From contig CAYMPL010000001.1 of assembly GCA_964392415.1 (NCBI GenBank), positions 6,200-70,199 of the forward strand: a stretch of 64,000 nucleotides of DNA, given 5' to 3'. Source of the stretch: an uncultured bacterium (GTDB lineage Bacteria; Bdellovibrionota; JACOXK01; 2-02-FULL-40-11). The notes under the pieces were generated by a model. The model was not told the origin of the DNA. It did no database searches and saw only the letters and a program-made list of their open reading frames with translations. The position numbers and the translations under genes were made by a program. Positions 1-8,947 of this stretch are shown here, one piece after another. Each line of letters begins with the position of its first letter. Position 1 is the stretch's first letter.

Positions 1-299
1 CTTCTGCCCCCTTCATAATGGTTTGAAGATCTTTTATCCCGCTTGTAACGGCAGAAATGGCGATAAATTCGCTTCCGGTCTGTTTTGAGAAGAGATGCGC
101 CAATGTTGTCTTTCCAACCCCGGGAGGGCCCCAAAGAATCATCGAACAGGGATGTCCTCCTTCAAGAATATTTCTCATAACTTTGTCTTTTTCGGTAAGA
201 TGGTTTTGTCCAACAAAGTCATCCAGGGTTTTTGGGCGTATCCGTTCGGCAAGAGGAGCAAGTTGTTTTGCGCCACTTTTAAACAATTCCATCATCGCC
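1..299 (-). CDS. rarA: Replication-associated recombination protein A (RarA/MgsA), N-terminal fragment; the gene continues beyond the window start
   Basis: Reverse translation reads MMELFKSGAKQLAPLAERIRPKTLDDFVGQNHL...MILWGPPGVGKTTLAHL, which matches the RarA N-terminus and Walker A; the start codon is at 297-299 (complement). Confidence 0.75.
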
Positions 300-356
300 T
301 TCTAACAGAACTATCTTTTGTTGTAAATCAATTGGGGAAGTGGTATTTCCGATGCC

Positions 357-1280
357 ATGTCCACCGGTTCATTTAAAAAAATTGGTTTAATGGCAAAAGA
401 GGGGAATAAAAAGGCGGCTGAAACCGCAAAAAAAATTATCCCCTGGCTCCAGAGAAAAAAATGTGAAGTATTGCTTCCGAAGGAAATATTTTCAACCATA
501 GGATGGGAAAAAACACGTTTCGCAGGCTTTGGAAAACTTGTTCCCTTAGCTTCTTTATCGAAAGAGGTCGATTTGATCCTTTCTTTGGGGGGGGATGGGA
601 CTTTTTTAAAGTCCGTCAGACTTCTTCATGGGCGCAAATGCCCCGTTGTTGGAGTTAAGCTGGGAGGGGTGGGTTTTCTGACAGATATTTTACCCGCAGA
701 GGTTGAAAAAGGGCTTGAACTCATTTTTAATAAAAAGGCTGTGATAGAGGAACGTGTTAAGCTCAAAGCGAAAATTTTGCGATTGGAAAAGGGGGTGGAA
801 GAGGGTGCGAAAAAAGAGGTCGCTTCTTTTGAAGCATTAAATGATGCGGTATTACATACCTCTGGTATTGCAAGAATTTCGAGCTACCATATCTCTATTG
901 GGGCTGACCATTTCACAACACTTAATGCTGACGGAGTGCTTGTGGCAACCCCTACAGGCTCAACTGCCTATTCTTTTGCGGCCGGGGGGCCGGTCACACA
1001 TCCAGAGGCCAAAGTGCTCATTGTAACTCCGATCTGTCCCCAAAATCTGGCGAATCGCCCCCTGATTGTCGCTGACGAAACTAAAATTGCTATAGAGCTT
1101 GTCTCACACAACAGTGAGGTTTTGCTTACGATGGATGGTCAGGAGACATATATAATGAAGGAAGGAGATACCGTTTGGATATCCAAATCCGATCATTCTG
1201 CCTATTTTTTGGGACACTCTCAGAAAAAATACCTCGAGTCGCTCAGAAATAAACTTTTTTTGGAGCCAGACTTTTCTTGA
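357..1280 (+). CDS. nadK: NAD(+) kinase
   Basis: GGDGTFL motif and NADGVLVATPTGSTAYSFAAGGP motif; the alternative ATG at 390 may be the true start because the divergent rarA gene begins at 299. Confidence 0.9.
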   Translation: MSTGSFKKIGLMAKEGNKKAAETAKKIIPWLQRKKCEVLLPKEIFSTIGWEKTRFAGFGKLVPLASLSKEVDLILSLGGDGTFLKSVRLLHGRKCPVVGVKLGGVGFLTDILPAEVEKGLELIFNKKAVIEERVKLKAKILRLEKGVEEGAKKEVASFEALNDAVLHTSGIARISSYHISIGADHFTTLNADGVLVATPTGSTAYSFAAGGPVTHPEAKVLIVTPICPQNLANRPLIVADETKIAIELVSHNSEVLLTMDGQETYIMKEGDTVWISKSDHSAYFLGHSQKKYLESLRNKLFLEPDFS

Positions 1281-1349
1281 CACCGATTTTCATTTTATCC
1301 TATACTTTCTAATGTACGTGGCATTGCATTATATTGCCATATATCTCTT

Positions 1350-2057
1350 ATGAAGCTACGATCTTTCGCTCTTTCTGATATCGGACGTAAACGAGAAAGC
1401 AATCAGGATCGTTATATTTGTAACGATGGGTTCAAACTTTATGCAGTAACAGATGGCATGGGGGGGCATGTGGGGGGGGGAGTCGCATCTCAGATGGCTG
1501 CGGAGGCACTGGGCGAGATTTTTTCAAAACGCCAGTCGATGCAGTCGATGGATCCTGCCGCATACCTCACAAAGGCTTTTCAAGAGGTAAATCGGAAGAT
1601 TTTTAACACCTCTTCTCAGACAACTTCTTTAAAAGGGATGGGGACGACGCTTACAGCGCTCTTTTTTTCTGATGATACCGCCTATGTTGCTCATGTGGGT
1701 GACAGTCGTGTCTATTTCATGAAAGACGAAATGATCTGGCAACTCTCTATCGATCATTCACTGGTGTCACAGCAGATGGTTGCTGGGATGAGAACCCCGC
1801 TGAGAAACATCATTACACGCTCCATAGGGTTTGATCCGGAAGTGCAAGTGGATCTCTATACAAAGAAAGTTGCCGCGGGGGATAGCTACCTCCTCTGCTC
1901 AGATGGCCTGTACAATGCGATGGAAGACAGTGAAATCGTATCAATTATTTCAAGAAATTCTGTGGAAGATTCTGTTAAAGAGCTTGTTGGTTTTGCAAAT
2001 CAACGGGGGGGGGATGACAATATTACGGCTGTGGTTGTCAAAGTCGAGCGACTTTAA
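1350..2057 (+). CDS. PP2C-family Ser/Thr protein phosphatase
   Basis: DRY...TDGMGGH...GDSR...DGL...GGDDNIT motifs typical of the PPM/PP2C family. Confidence 0.85.
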   Translation: MKLRSFALSDIGRKRESNQDRYICNDGFKLYAVTDGMGGHVGGGVASQMAAEALGEIFSKRQSMQSMDPAAYLTKAFQEVNRKIFNTSSQTTSLKGMGTTLTALFFSDDTAYVAHVGDSRVYFMKDEMIWQLSIDHSLVSQQMVAGMRTPLRNIITRSIGFDPEVQVDLYTKKVAAGDSYLLCSDGLYNAMEDSEIVSIISRNSVEDSVKELVGFANQRGGDDNITAVVVKVERL

Positions 2058-2095
2058 ATTGACTGAAGCCTTTTATTTATGCTAAAGGGGGACAA

Positions 2096-2947
2096 ATGAG
2101 AGAGAAGATGAAGCATTTTTTTCAAATAATAAAATTTGAATATTTTGTCTGGATTCTCTCGATTGTGTCTGTCTTTGCTCTGGCATACGACAATATCCGT
2201 CTCCATCTGGAACTTCTCGAATTTAAAGAGTCGCATCGGGGCTCCATTCAGATGGCATCTGAAATAAGAGAGCTCAAGTCCTCGGTGGCTGAAATCGATT
2301 CGGTTCTCAACAGACTCAATAAATTTTCATCTAAACTCAAAGTGCTTTCGCATATCAAAGATCAGTTTGAGGAGAGAGAGGCGATCAGGCAGGCGGCAAA
2401 AAGTACGCGCCGATCGACACGCGAGGCGGATCTCGATCGTGAAGAAGAACGCGACCTTCAAAAAATCCGGTTGCGGCTTCCTGATTTGCGATCTGAGTCC
2501 GATTTTCATGACAGAGTGCTCTTGGAATTGGTCGATTTTTATTCTCAAAGGCCGAATCTCGTGGCCGCGATTCCGGCCTTATTGCCTGCCCCGGGGCGTA
2601 TTACCTCGCCATTCGGTTTCCGGAAATTGCCGGCAGGGGGATGGCAGATCCATGAGGGGATTGATATTGCAGCCAATTTTGGAACAGAGGTCGTAGCCCC
2701 CGCGGATGGAATCGTTGAGGAAAGTCATTATTCACCCGGCTACGGGCGGTATGTTATTCTCAACCATGGCTACGGGCTAAAAACCAGATTTGCCCATGCT
2801 TCAAAGGTTCTTGTTAAAGCGGGGGAATGGATCAAGCGGGGGACACAGATTGCGCTGGTCGGCGGCTCTGGCCGCACTCGCGGCGTGCATCTTCACTATG
2901 AAATCAGCCTAAACGGCGTGCCGGTAGATCCTAGGGATTATATGTAG
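2096..2947 (+). CDS. M23 family metallopeptidase with N-terminal TM and coiled-coil region
   Basis: C-terminal HxxxD and HLHYEI motifs of the M23/LytM fold; RBS AAGGGGGA lies upstream of the ATG. Confidence 0.85.
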   Translation: MREKMKHFFQIIKFEYFVWILSIVSVFALAYDNIRLHLELLEFKESHRGSIQMASEIRELKSSVAEIDSVLNRLNKFSSKLKVLSHIKDQFEEREAIRQAAKSTRRSTREADLDREEERDLQKIRLRLPDLRSESDFHDRVLLELVDFYSQRPNLVAAIPALLPAPGRITSPFGFRKLPAGGWQIHEGIDIAANFGTEVVAPADGIVEESHYSPGYGRYVILNHGYGLKTRFAHASKVLVKAGEWIKRGTQIALVGGSGRTRGVHLHYEISLNGVPVDPRDYM

Positions 2948-2992
2948 TCGCAAGCCATTTTCCCCTTCTTCGAAATGGTTCGGCGACCTTAT

Positions 2993-3751
2993 TTATCTCC
3001 TCTTCCCAAAGATTCCTTCCCCGACTCTTACTTGCGTCGCCCCCTCTTCAATCGCAATTTTAAAATCATGTGTCATTCCCATTGAAAGCTCCCTCAGCGA
3101 AAGATTTGGGAATGCTTTCTGAGTTTCCAATAATAATTCCCTCATCTTCCTAAAATAAGGGCGTGATTTTTCGGGGTCTTTAAAATAGGGGGGGATGGCC
3201 ATGAGCCCCTGGATATCCAAATAGGTCATTCTGGGCGGAGATTGTTCGAGAATGTCATTCTGAGGCTGAGGCTTGAAAATGTCATTCTGAGGCTCGAAGA
3301 GCCGAAGAATCTCATTTAAAAATGGAATAAGATTTTTAGGAAAAAGCCCTGATTTTGTTGTTTCTTCGCCAATATTGATTTGAATCAGAACTGGCAGACG
3401 GCGATTTTTCTTTTGCAGCTCCTGTTGAAGCTTTGTGGATAACTTTAGGCTATCAAGCGTTTGAATTTCTGAAATGGTATCCGTCAAATATTTGACTTTG
3501 TTCGTCTGAAGGTGGCCAATAAAAATCCATTTTGCGGCATTTCCCAGAATTTCCCATTTTTTGAGGAATTCCTGGACATGGTTTTCACCGAGATAGCTGA
3601 TTCCCGCATCCATCGCCAATTTGATCTTTTCGATCGGTTGTAATTTGGAAACAGCAATCAGCCGGATATCTTGAGGATTTTTTCCGATTTTTTTCGCGGT
3701 TTCAGAGATAATTTGTCGGACAGAGGCGATATTTTCTTTTATATCATTCAC
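2993..3751 (-). CDS. yggS: YggS-family pyridoxal-phosphate homeostasis protein (alanine racemase-fold); carries an in-frame insertion of the dispersed repeat element
   Basis: N-terminus [10 protein letters not shown]...GENHVQE matches YggS/PLPHP; the internal [17 protein letters not shown] stretch is encoded by repeat copies at 3254-3314. Confidence 0.85.
   Translation of the reverse strand: MNDIKENIASVRQIISETAKKIGKNPQDIRLIAVSKLQPIEKIKLAMDAGISYLGENHVQEFLKKWEILGNAAKWIFIGHLQTNKVKYLTDTISEIQTLDSLKLSTKLQQELQKKNRRLPVLIQINIGEETTKSGLFPKNLIPFLNEILRLFEPQNDIFKPQPQNDILEQSPPRMTYLDIQGLMAIPPYFKDPEKSRPYFRKMRELLLETQKAFPNLSLRELSMGMTHDFKIAIEEGATQVRVGEGIFGKRR
3254..3314. repeat. Dispersed repeat family copy (double head + hairpin core + tail), in frame inside yggS
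   Basis: GTCATTCTGAGGCTGAGGCTTGAAAATGTCATTCTGAGGCTCGAAGAGCCGAAGAATCTCA. Confidence 0.8.
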
Positions 3752-3855
3752 AAGCAGGTAACAAACTATATTGCATTACCATTTGAAATAGCACGCGAAA
3801 ACTGTTTGACATTTCCTTGCGTTTTCCTGTAGCAGGAAAACTTGGACGGGACAAT

Positions 3856-3928
3856 GCCCCGGTAGCTCAGTCGGTAGAGCAGCGCCCTGAAAAGGCGCGT
3901 GTCGGCAGTTCGATTCTGCCCTGGGGCA
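3856..3928 (+). tRNA. tRNA-Phe (anticodon GAA)
   Basis: Cloverleaf read by eye: acceptor GCCCCGG/CTGGGGC, D arm TAGCTCAGTCGGTAGAGCA, anticodon stem GCGCC / loop CTGAAAA / GGCGC, T arm GGCAGTTCGATTCTGCC, discriminator A; no encoded CCA. Confidence 0.9.
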
Positions 3929-3936
3929 TTCCACCA

Positions 3937-5175
3937 TTAAAATTGACAGCTGATATCATAATTCAAATTATCAAATGCTATTCCATCACCAGAAGAATTT
4001 GTAATTTCAATCTTGCGAACAGAATTTAGAGTGTTTTGAATATTTGTATTTTGTCCCGATCCATTCTGTGGGGCGATATTTATTTCTTCAAGTAAGCTAT
4101 TGTTTTTGTCGTAAAGACGCACAATGGCGTTGCTCTCTACATCGATGAGAGAAAACCTGACATTAGAAGCATCAGCTAAAAAATTTATAATTAAAGGGTC
4201 GTCTTGATTTATACCCTGATTATTTGCCCCAAGAGCAAATGGTTGAGAAACAGGTTTTGCATCGCCTGATTGGCCTGGCCATTGTTCATTGATTAGCAAA
4301 GGATCTCCACGAGGGGATGAAAAAACAACGCCCTGTTTTTCATACTTCATCGTAATTTTCTGCCCTAGGATATTTTCGGTATCATCAAAAAATATGTTTT
4401 GGCGACAGAGAGCGGACTGATATTCTTCTTCTGGTACCTCTGGTGCAGGAGGTAATGTACCAGCACGTTGCTGCTCCAAAAGAAGAACCACTCTTTCTAA
4501 TTTTGAGACGATTTTTTCAAGTTTATGAATGATTCGCTCTGATGCATTCTTTTCTGCTCTCCAGAGCCCCTTTTTCTTTCCCCTGGCCTCTTCTTGTAAA
4601 GCTAAAAATCGATCCCGATATTTTACATTGGGAGGAATTGTCATAATGGAGCCATACCCCTCTTCTAAAATTTTGGCGTTCACAAATGTGCCGTCTTCCA
4701 GGAAAACATATGCAAGCAATCTTCCATAGCGATCTCTTTGATCAACATCAAATTCAAGACGGACTCTTTTGCCTTCGAGAAGATTTTTTGTAAATTCATA
4801 TGCTTCTTGCCCCAGCTCTTGAATTATCCTGATATCTTGTCCAGTTCTTCTGGCATCTTCATATAATTTGGAACTCTGAGATATTTCAGGGGTATCAATA
4901 CCAATAAATCTTACCTTTTCTCCGTTGGAGAGAACTATGGTGTCACCATCAATGACTCTTTCAACCATAAAAAATCCTGTTTCTGAAGGCGAAAGAGATT
5001 GCGTTTCAGGAGATGGTGGCGTCTGAATTTGTGGTTTATGGCAATGTCTTTCGCCTGTTCGGCTATCCCTGTGACAGCCGTCTTTGTCCGTTCGGCCTGA
5101 ATGGCAAATGGCCTCATTATTCAGAAAAAAAATAAAAATAAAAGCTCCCATGATTTTCCCAATGATCGATTTCAT
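3937..5175 (-). CDS. Secreted protein with central thermonuclease (SNase/micrococcal-nuclease-like) domain, His/Cys-rich N-region and uncharacterized C-terminal domain
   Basis: Signal peptide MKSIIGKIMGAFIFIFFL; SNase motifs VIDGDTIVL...VRFIGIDTPE...YGRLLAYVF. Confidence 0.65.
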   Translation of the reverse strand: MKSIIGKIMGAFIFIFFLNNEAICHSGRTDKDGCHRDSRTGERHCHKPQIQTPPSPETQSLSPSETGFFMVERVIDGDTIVLSNGEKVRFIGIDTPEISQSSKLYEDARRTGQDIRIIQELGQEAYEFTKNLLEGKRVRLEFDVDQRDRYGRLLAYVFLEDGTFVNAKILEEGYGSIMTIPPNVKYRDRFLALQEEARGKKKGLWRAEKNASERIIHKLEKIVSKLERVVLLLEQQRAGTLPPAPEVPEEEYQSALCRQNIFFDDTENILGQKITMKYEKQGVVFSSPRGDPLLINEQWPGQSGDAKPVSQPFALGANNQGINQDDPLIINFLADASNVRFSLIDVESNAIVRLYDKNNSLLEEINIAPQNGSGQNTNIQNTLNSVRKIEITNSSGDGIAFDNLNYDISCQF

Positions 5176-5543
5176 CTTTTTTCCCTCACTTCATTTAAAA
5201 TTAAAAGTTTACTCTCGAGTTGCTCCAATCTTTCTTCAAGCGCTGACAATCTCTCTTCGATCGTAAGATTTTGATAGCCAGTATCTATATCCTCTTCGGT
5301 TGATATCGAAGTCCCAGCTTTTTCAAGCTTGAATATTTTTTCTTCGAAATTGGTCACAAGGGGTTCAAATTGAGATGTAATGATGCTCTCAAGTTCTGCC
5401 TCACTGGTCGCTGGAGTAGGCTGAAAACTTTCTGGCGCAGTCTTTGAGGGGGCATCCCCTCCACATGAGAGAATCATTAAAATGGCGAAGAGGCTCATAC
5501 CTATTTGCCATAATTGTTTATTTATATAAAAAAAGATGTTCAT
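5172..5543 (-). CDS. Hypothetical lipoprotein with C-terminal coiled coil
   Basis: Signal peptide with LSCGG lipobox-like sequence; heptad-rich tail LEERLEQLESKLL; 4-nt overlap with the downstream nuclease gene. Confidence 0.4.
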   Translation of the reverse strand: MNIFFYINKQLWQIGMSLFAILMILSCGGDAPSKTAPESFQPTPATSEAELESIITSQFEPLVTNFEEKIFKLEKAGTSISTEEDIDTGYQNLTIEERLSALEERLEQLESKLLILNEVREKR

Positions 5544-5710
5544 TCTCCACCAACGTTCAGCTGATCCAAATAATGTTAATTATATGTCGAATTTTAATTT
5601 AGGTCAAACACACATTTAGAGATTATTTTTCCATTTTCAAAATAAATATAAGTGAACCCAAAACGACTGTCTCACTCTAGATTGGCACAGAGGGGGCTAT
5701 CAAACGATAT

Positions 5711-6052
5711 TTATTTACTCAAATTTTTTAATAACTTTTTTTCTTCAGCGGTAGGGAGTCCATACGCATCAAAGATACAAAGAAGATGAAGAATTATCCC
5801 TGGAATAATAAACAAAAAATAACCACCAATTACAAAGAAGAACCACAAAACACACCGAATAAATTTTCCACAATAAAGATGGCCAAAGCCAGGGAAAAAC
5901 ACACTTATTAATGCAGCTATTCCACCACTAGGTTTTACAGTTGCAAGTATAGTTTTAGATTTTTCATCTTTCAGGGGATGGCCACATGAAGGACATGACG
6001 TTGCCTTATCAGAAATTTCCTTGTTACATTCAGGACACTTTATTAGAGGCAT
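5711..6052 (-). CDS. Zinc-ribbon domain membrane protein (hypothetical)
   Basis: CPECN...CPSCGH zinc ribbon followed by two hydrophobic helices. Confidence 0.45.
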   Translation of the reverse strand: MPLIKCPECNKEISDKATSCPSCGHPLKDEKSKTILATVKPSGGIAALISVFFPGFGHLYCGKFIRCVLWFFFVIGGYFLFIIPGIILHLLCIFDAYGLPTAEEKKLLKNLSK

Positions 6053-6070
6053 TTTTTTAAAAATCCTTTT

Positions 6071-6463
6071 TTATTCATAAACAATGGCTGAGCCCGTGAG
6101 TTTTGTATGCCAGGAATTTTTAGATTGGATTTGAATGTCAATCACTGCATCGGCACCAGCTTTTCTTCCTTCTTCTTTGAGAAGCGGTACAACATCTTCA
6201 TAATCAACAGTCAAAAAAGCCATAGGAACAAATAAAAGAGCCCAAGACCAAAGCCAATTTCCTCCATTATCTTTCTGAGCGGTAATAACGCCCAGTTCTT
6301 TATATTTTACCTCATGGGGTGCAGTTCTATAAATTTCTACTTCTTGTCCTGGATTTTTTCTGGGATGCGGTCTTCCTGATGGCATAAATTTCGAAGAAGT
6401 AGCGCAAGAGAAAAGAAATAGAAGTATAGCACCTAAAATAATAAGTTTTCTTGGTTTCATCAT
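6071..6463 (-). CDS. Hypothetical lipoprotein (start trimmed to the MMKPRKLIILGAILLFLFSC signal peptide)
   Basis: RBS AGGAGGCT immediately upstream of the ATGATG at 6458-6463 (complement); lipobox LFSC; the longer ORF call to 6643 overlaps the HTH gene. Confidence 0.5.
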   Translation of the reverse strand: MMKPRKLIILGAILLFLFSCATSSKFMPSGRPHPRKNPGQEVEIYRTAPHEVKYKELGVITAQKDNGGNWLWSWALLFVPMAFLTVDYEDVVPLLKEEGRKAGADAVIDIQIQSKNSWHTKLTGSAIVYE

Positions 6464-6556
6464 AGCCTCCTTTATTCTGTTATATGGCTTATCGGTAAGT
6501 AAACACGAATCTTTAGAGACGTTATATTTATAGATTCGTGTCTTTATAATTGCAGT

Positions 6557-6769
6557 ATGGCTTTCGATATCTACCTTCGAAAGGTTGCAAATAATATACA
6601 AAGGGCAAGAAAAAAAGCAGGATTCACTCAAGAAAAGATGCAAGATTTTGGTTTTAATTATCGCTATTATCAGAAAATCGAAGGTGGCCAGGTAAATCTT
6701 ACATTGAAAACACTTTGGTTAATCGCCAAGGCTTTAAAATCATCTATAACCAATCTGACTCGTATTTAA
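6557..6769 (+). CDS. XRE-family helix-turn-helix transcriptional regulator
   Basis: 70 aa; QEKMQDFGFNYRYYQKIEGG matches the Cro/C1-type HTH pattern. Confidence 0.6.
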   Translation: MAFDIYLRKVANNIQRARKKAGFTQEKMQDFGFNYRYYQKIEGGQVNLTLKTLWLIAKALKSSITNLTRI

Positions 6770-6786
6770 TTTTGTGCTTGTTCGAT

Positions 6787-6830
6787 CTGAAAAGGCGCGT
6801 GTCGGCAGTTCGATTCTGCCCTGGGGCATT
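6787..6830 (+). repeat. Partial duplicate of the tRNA-Phe 3' half (attR-like direct repeat)
   Basis: Exact 44-nt match to 3887-3930. Confidence 0.85.
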
Positions 6831-6881
6831 CTGATTTCAGGCACTTAGCCGCAGACAAGAGCTAAAAACCATTTTCTCATC

Positions 6882-7139
6882 TTATCTGTACACCTCCCTC
6901 CTATGGCCTATTTTCACAATCAGAACGAGCAGAATCTTGTCAAGTATCTGGTAGATGACACGGTAATCTCCTATGCGAACGCGATAGAGATTTTCTTCCC
7001 CGGAAAGTTTCTCAACGCCATGGGGCCGTGGATTTTGGGCCAGATCGTCTATCTTCCTCTCGATTCTGTTTTGGACAGGGATCGGAAGACTATTAAGTTG
7101 TTTCCGGGCTTTTTTATCGATCTTTATTGTGTAAATCAT
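6882..7139 (-). CDS. RelE/ParE-family toxin
   Basis: 85 aa, ...LYRVRIGDYRVIY...HRREVYR RelE/ParE signature; lies immediately downstream of the antitoxin gene. Confidence 0.85.
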   Translation of the reverse strand: MIYTIKIDKKARKQLNSLPIPVQNRIERKIDDLAQNPRPHGVEKLSGEENLYRVRIGDYRVIYQILDKILLVLIVKIGHRREVYR

Positions 7140-7148
7140 CGGATCCGA

Positions 7149-7394
7149 TCACCTGCGCCTCTCTTTTTTGACAGTCTCCCAGGGAATGAATTCGTTCCTT
7201 TTCAAGGCTTCTCTGGCATCCTCAAGGTCTATTCTGTTCTCGATCTCCTCCAGAAGCTCCAGGTCCTCTATGGGGACAATAGCCACGACATTTTTCCCCT
7301 TTCTGGTGATAACGATCCTCTCCTTGGCGTAGACTGTCCTATTGACGATCTCCGCGAATTCCTTTCTTGCCTCCACAGATGTATATTTAGCCAT
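7149..7394 (-). CDS. Phd/YefM-family antitoxin
   Basis: 81 aa, EARKEFAEIVNRTVYAKERIVITRKGKNVVAIVPIEDLE matches the Phd/YefM fold; 9-nt spacing to the toxin gene. Confidence 0.85.
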   Translation of the reverse strand: MAKYTSVEARKEFAEIVNRTVYAKERIVITRKGKNVVAIVPIEDLELLEEIENRIDLEDAREALKRNEFIPWETVKKERRR

Positions 7395-7501
7395 ATATTT
7401 ACCTCCTATATATAATATACATAATAGTCATTATTATGTCAATAGACATAAATATGCGATGAAGCATGTTAATGCGCTATTTCGAAGAAATGGCGCGTCG
7501 C

Positions 7502-8947
7502 CTAATGCCTGACCACACTCTCATACCGGTTTAATTTATTATAAAGGGTTTTAATGGTGATACCAAGGGCGGTGGCGGTTTTGGTTTTGTTTCCTTCGTA
7601 AAAAAAAAGGGTTCTTAGAATATGCGTTTTTTCTATTTCTTCCAAAGCGAGAATTGGCCCATGCGTCTCAGTTTCCATTTTTGTCGGCGATGTAAATTTA
7701 ATATGGTTTCTGATATCTTCAGTTGTTATCTCATCTCCTTCAGAGAGAATTTTTAACCGTTCCACGGTATTTTGTAATTCACGGATATTTCCAGGCCAGT
7801 CATATTGTTTGAGAAGTTCAATGGCATCCGGATGAATCTTTTTACCTTTGATCCTGCTCCAGGGATCAGGCTCCAGGAAATAATGAAGCAGTGGCTCAAT
7901 GTCTTCGATGCGTTTCCGAAGAGGGGGGACACGGAGCGTGATGGTATTGAGTCTGAAAAAAAGATCTTCCCGAAATTGTCCTTCTTTGACCTCTTTTTCC
8001 AGATCCTTGTTGGTTGCTGATATAATTCTCACATCGACTTTAAGAGGGGTTTTTCCACCCACGCGGTAAAATTCCCCATCCTGCAAAAAACGTAAGAGTT
8101 TTGCCTGAATCCCCTTTCCGGTCTCAGCAATTTCATCCATAAAAAGGGTTCCCCCATGTGCCGTTTCAACCAATCCTTTTTTGAGCATGTGTGCCCCCGT
8201 GAACGCCCCTTTTTCATGTCCGAAAAGCTCACTTTTTAAAAGATGTTCATTCAGTGTTCCACAGTTAATAGCAACGTAAGGCCCCTTTGCCCTTGAACTT
8301 TTTTCATGCAGACGCCTGGCAATAAGTTCTTTTCCGGTTCCACTTTCCCCTTGAATGAGAATGGTGACATGGGTCGGCGCGATTCGATCAATCATATTAA
8401 GCAATTGTTTGAGGGATTTGCTTTGCCCGATGATTTTGGTGGAGGGGATTTTTTTTCCGATGAGCGATTTTAGATTTTTATTCTCTTCTTCGAGATAGAC
8501 ATGCCGGTGTGTCAAAATGGCGATAGCGCACATATCGGCAATGGTTTCGAGAACCATTCGATCACCTTCGTCAAACGCAGCGGGACGGTCGCTTTCAACA
8601 TGGATAACGCCCAAAATCTTCCCCTGACACGCAATTTGCGCGGAGAGCTGTGATTGGGGTTCCGAGGGGGCTTTACCGACCTTTGCTTTTAAGATAGCCT
8701 CTTTTCTATCGTCATCGCGGATCCAGAGGGAGAGATGATAAAAATTGAATTCTTTCTGAACGAGGTTAATAATTTCATGATAGAGTTCATCGATGTTGGG
8801 CGCGGATAAAATTTTGCGGCTGACTTCATTCACCATTGAGAGATGCGAGGCAAAAAGATTTTTTTGGCTCAATCGCTTATCCTTGGTTCGTTTGAGATTC
8901 AGCAGGGGATTATCGAAGTGAAAAACAAATTGCAAGAAATTTTTCAT
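7502..8947 (-). CDS. Sigma-54-dependent transcriptional activator (GAF sensor + AAA+ sigma-54 interaction + Fis-type HTH)
   Basis: GESGTGKE Walker A, GAFTGA sigma-54 contact motif, C-terminal HTH; N-terminal GAF-like domain. Confidence 0.9.
   Translation of the reverse strand: MKNFLQFVFHFDNPLLNLKRTKDKRLSQKNLFASHLSMVNEVSRKILSAPNIDELYHEIINLVQKEFNFYHLSLWIRDDDRKEAILKAKVGKAPSEPQSQLSAQIACQGKILGVIHVESDRPAAFDEGDRMVLETIADMCAIAILTHRHVYLEEENKNLKSLIGKKIPSTKIIGQSKSLKQLLNMIDRIAPTHVTILIQGESGTGKELIARRLHEKSSRAKGPYVAINCGTLNEHLLKSELFGHEKGAFTGAHMLKKGLVETAHGGTLFMDEIAETGKGIQAKLLRFLQDGEFYRVGGKTPLKVDVRIISATNKDLEKEVKEGQFREDLFFRLNTITLRVPPLRKRIEDIEPLLHYFLEPDPWSRIKGKKIHPDAIELLKQYDWPGNIRELQNTVERLKILSEGDEITTEDIRNHIKFTSPTKMETETHGPILALEEIEKTHILRTLFFYEGNKTKTATALGITIKTLYNKLNRYESVVRH

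Larger units (their letters stand above)
3931..6830. mobile_element. Putative integrated islet or remnant at tRNA-Phe, bounded by the tRNA 3' half (3887-3930) and an identical 44-nt direct repeat (6787-6830); no integrase present
   Basis: The 44 nt CTGAAAAGGCGCGTGTCGGCAGTTCGATTCTGCCCTGGGGCATT are identical at both positions; the enclosed genes are all on the minus strand and include a secreted nuclease and an XRE regulator. Confidence 0.55.

Noticed and set aside
57-376. Plus-strand ORFs 57..305 and 95..376
   Set aside because: They lie antisense within the rarA fragment, whose Walker-A-containing frame is clearly the real one.
3931-6786. Calling the tRNA-Phe interval a prophage
   Set aside because: It is only 2.9 kb and has no integrase, capsid, terminase or replication genes, so it is better described as an islet or remnant.
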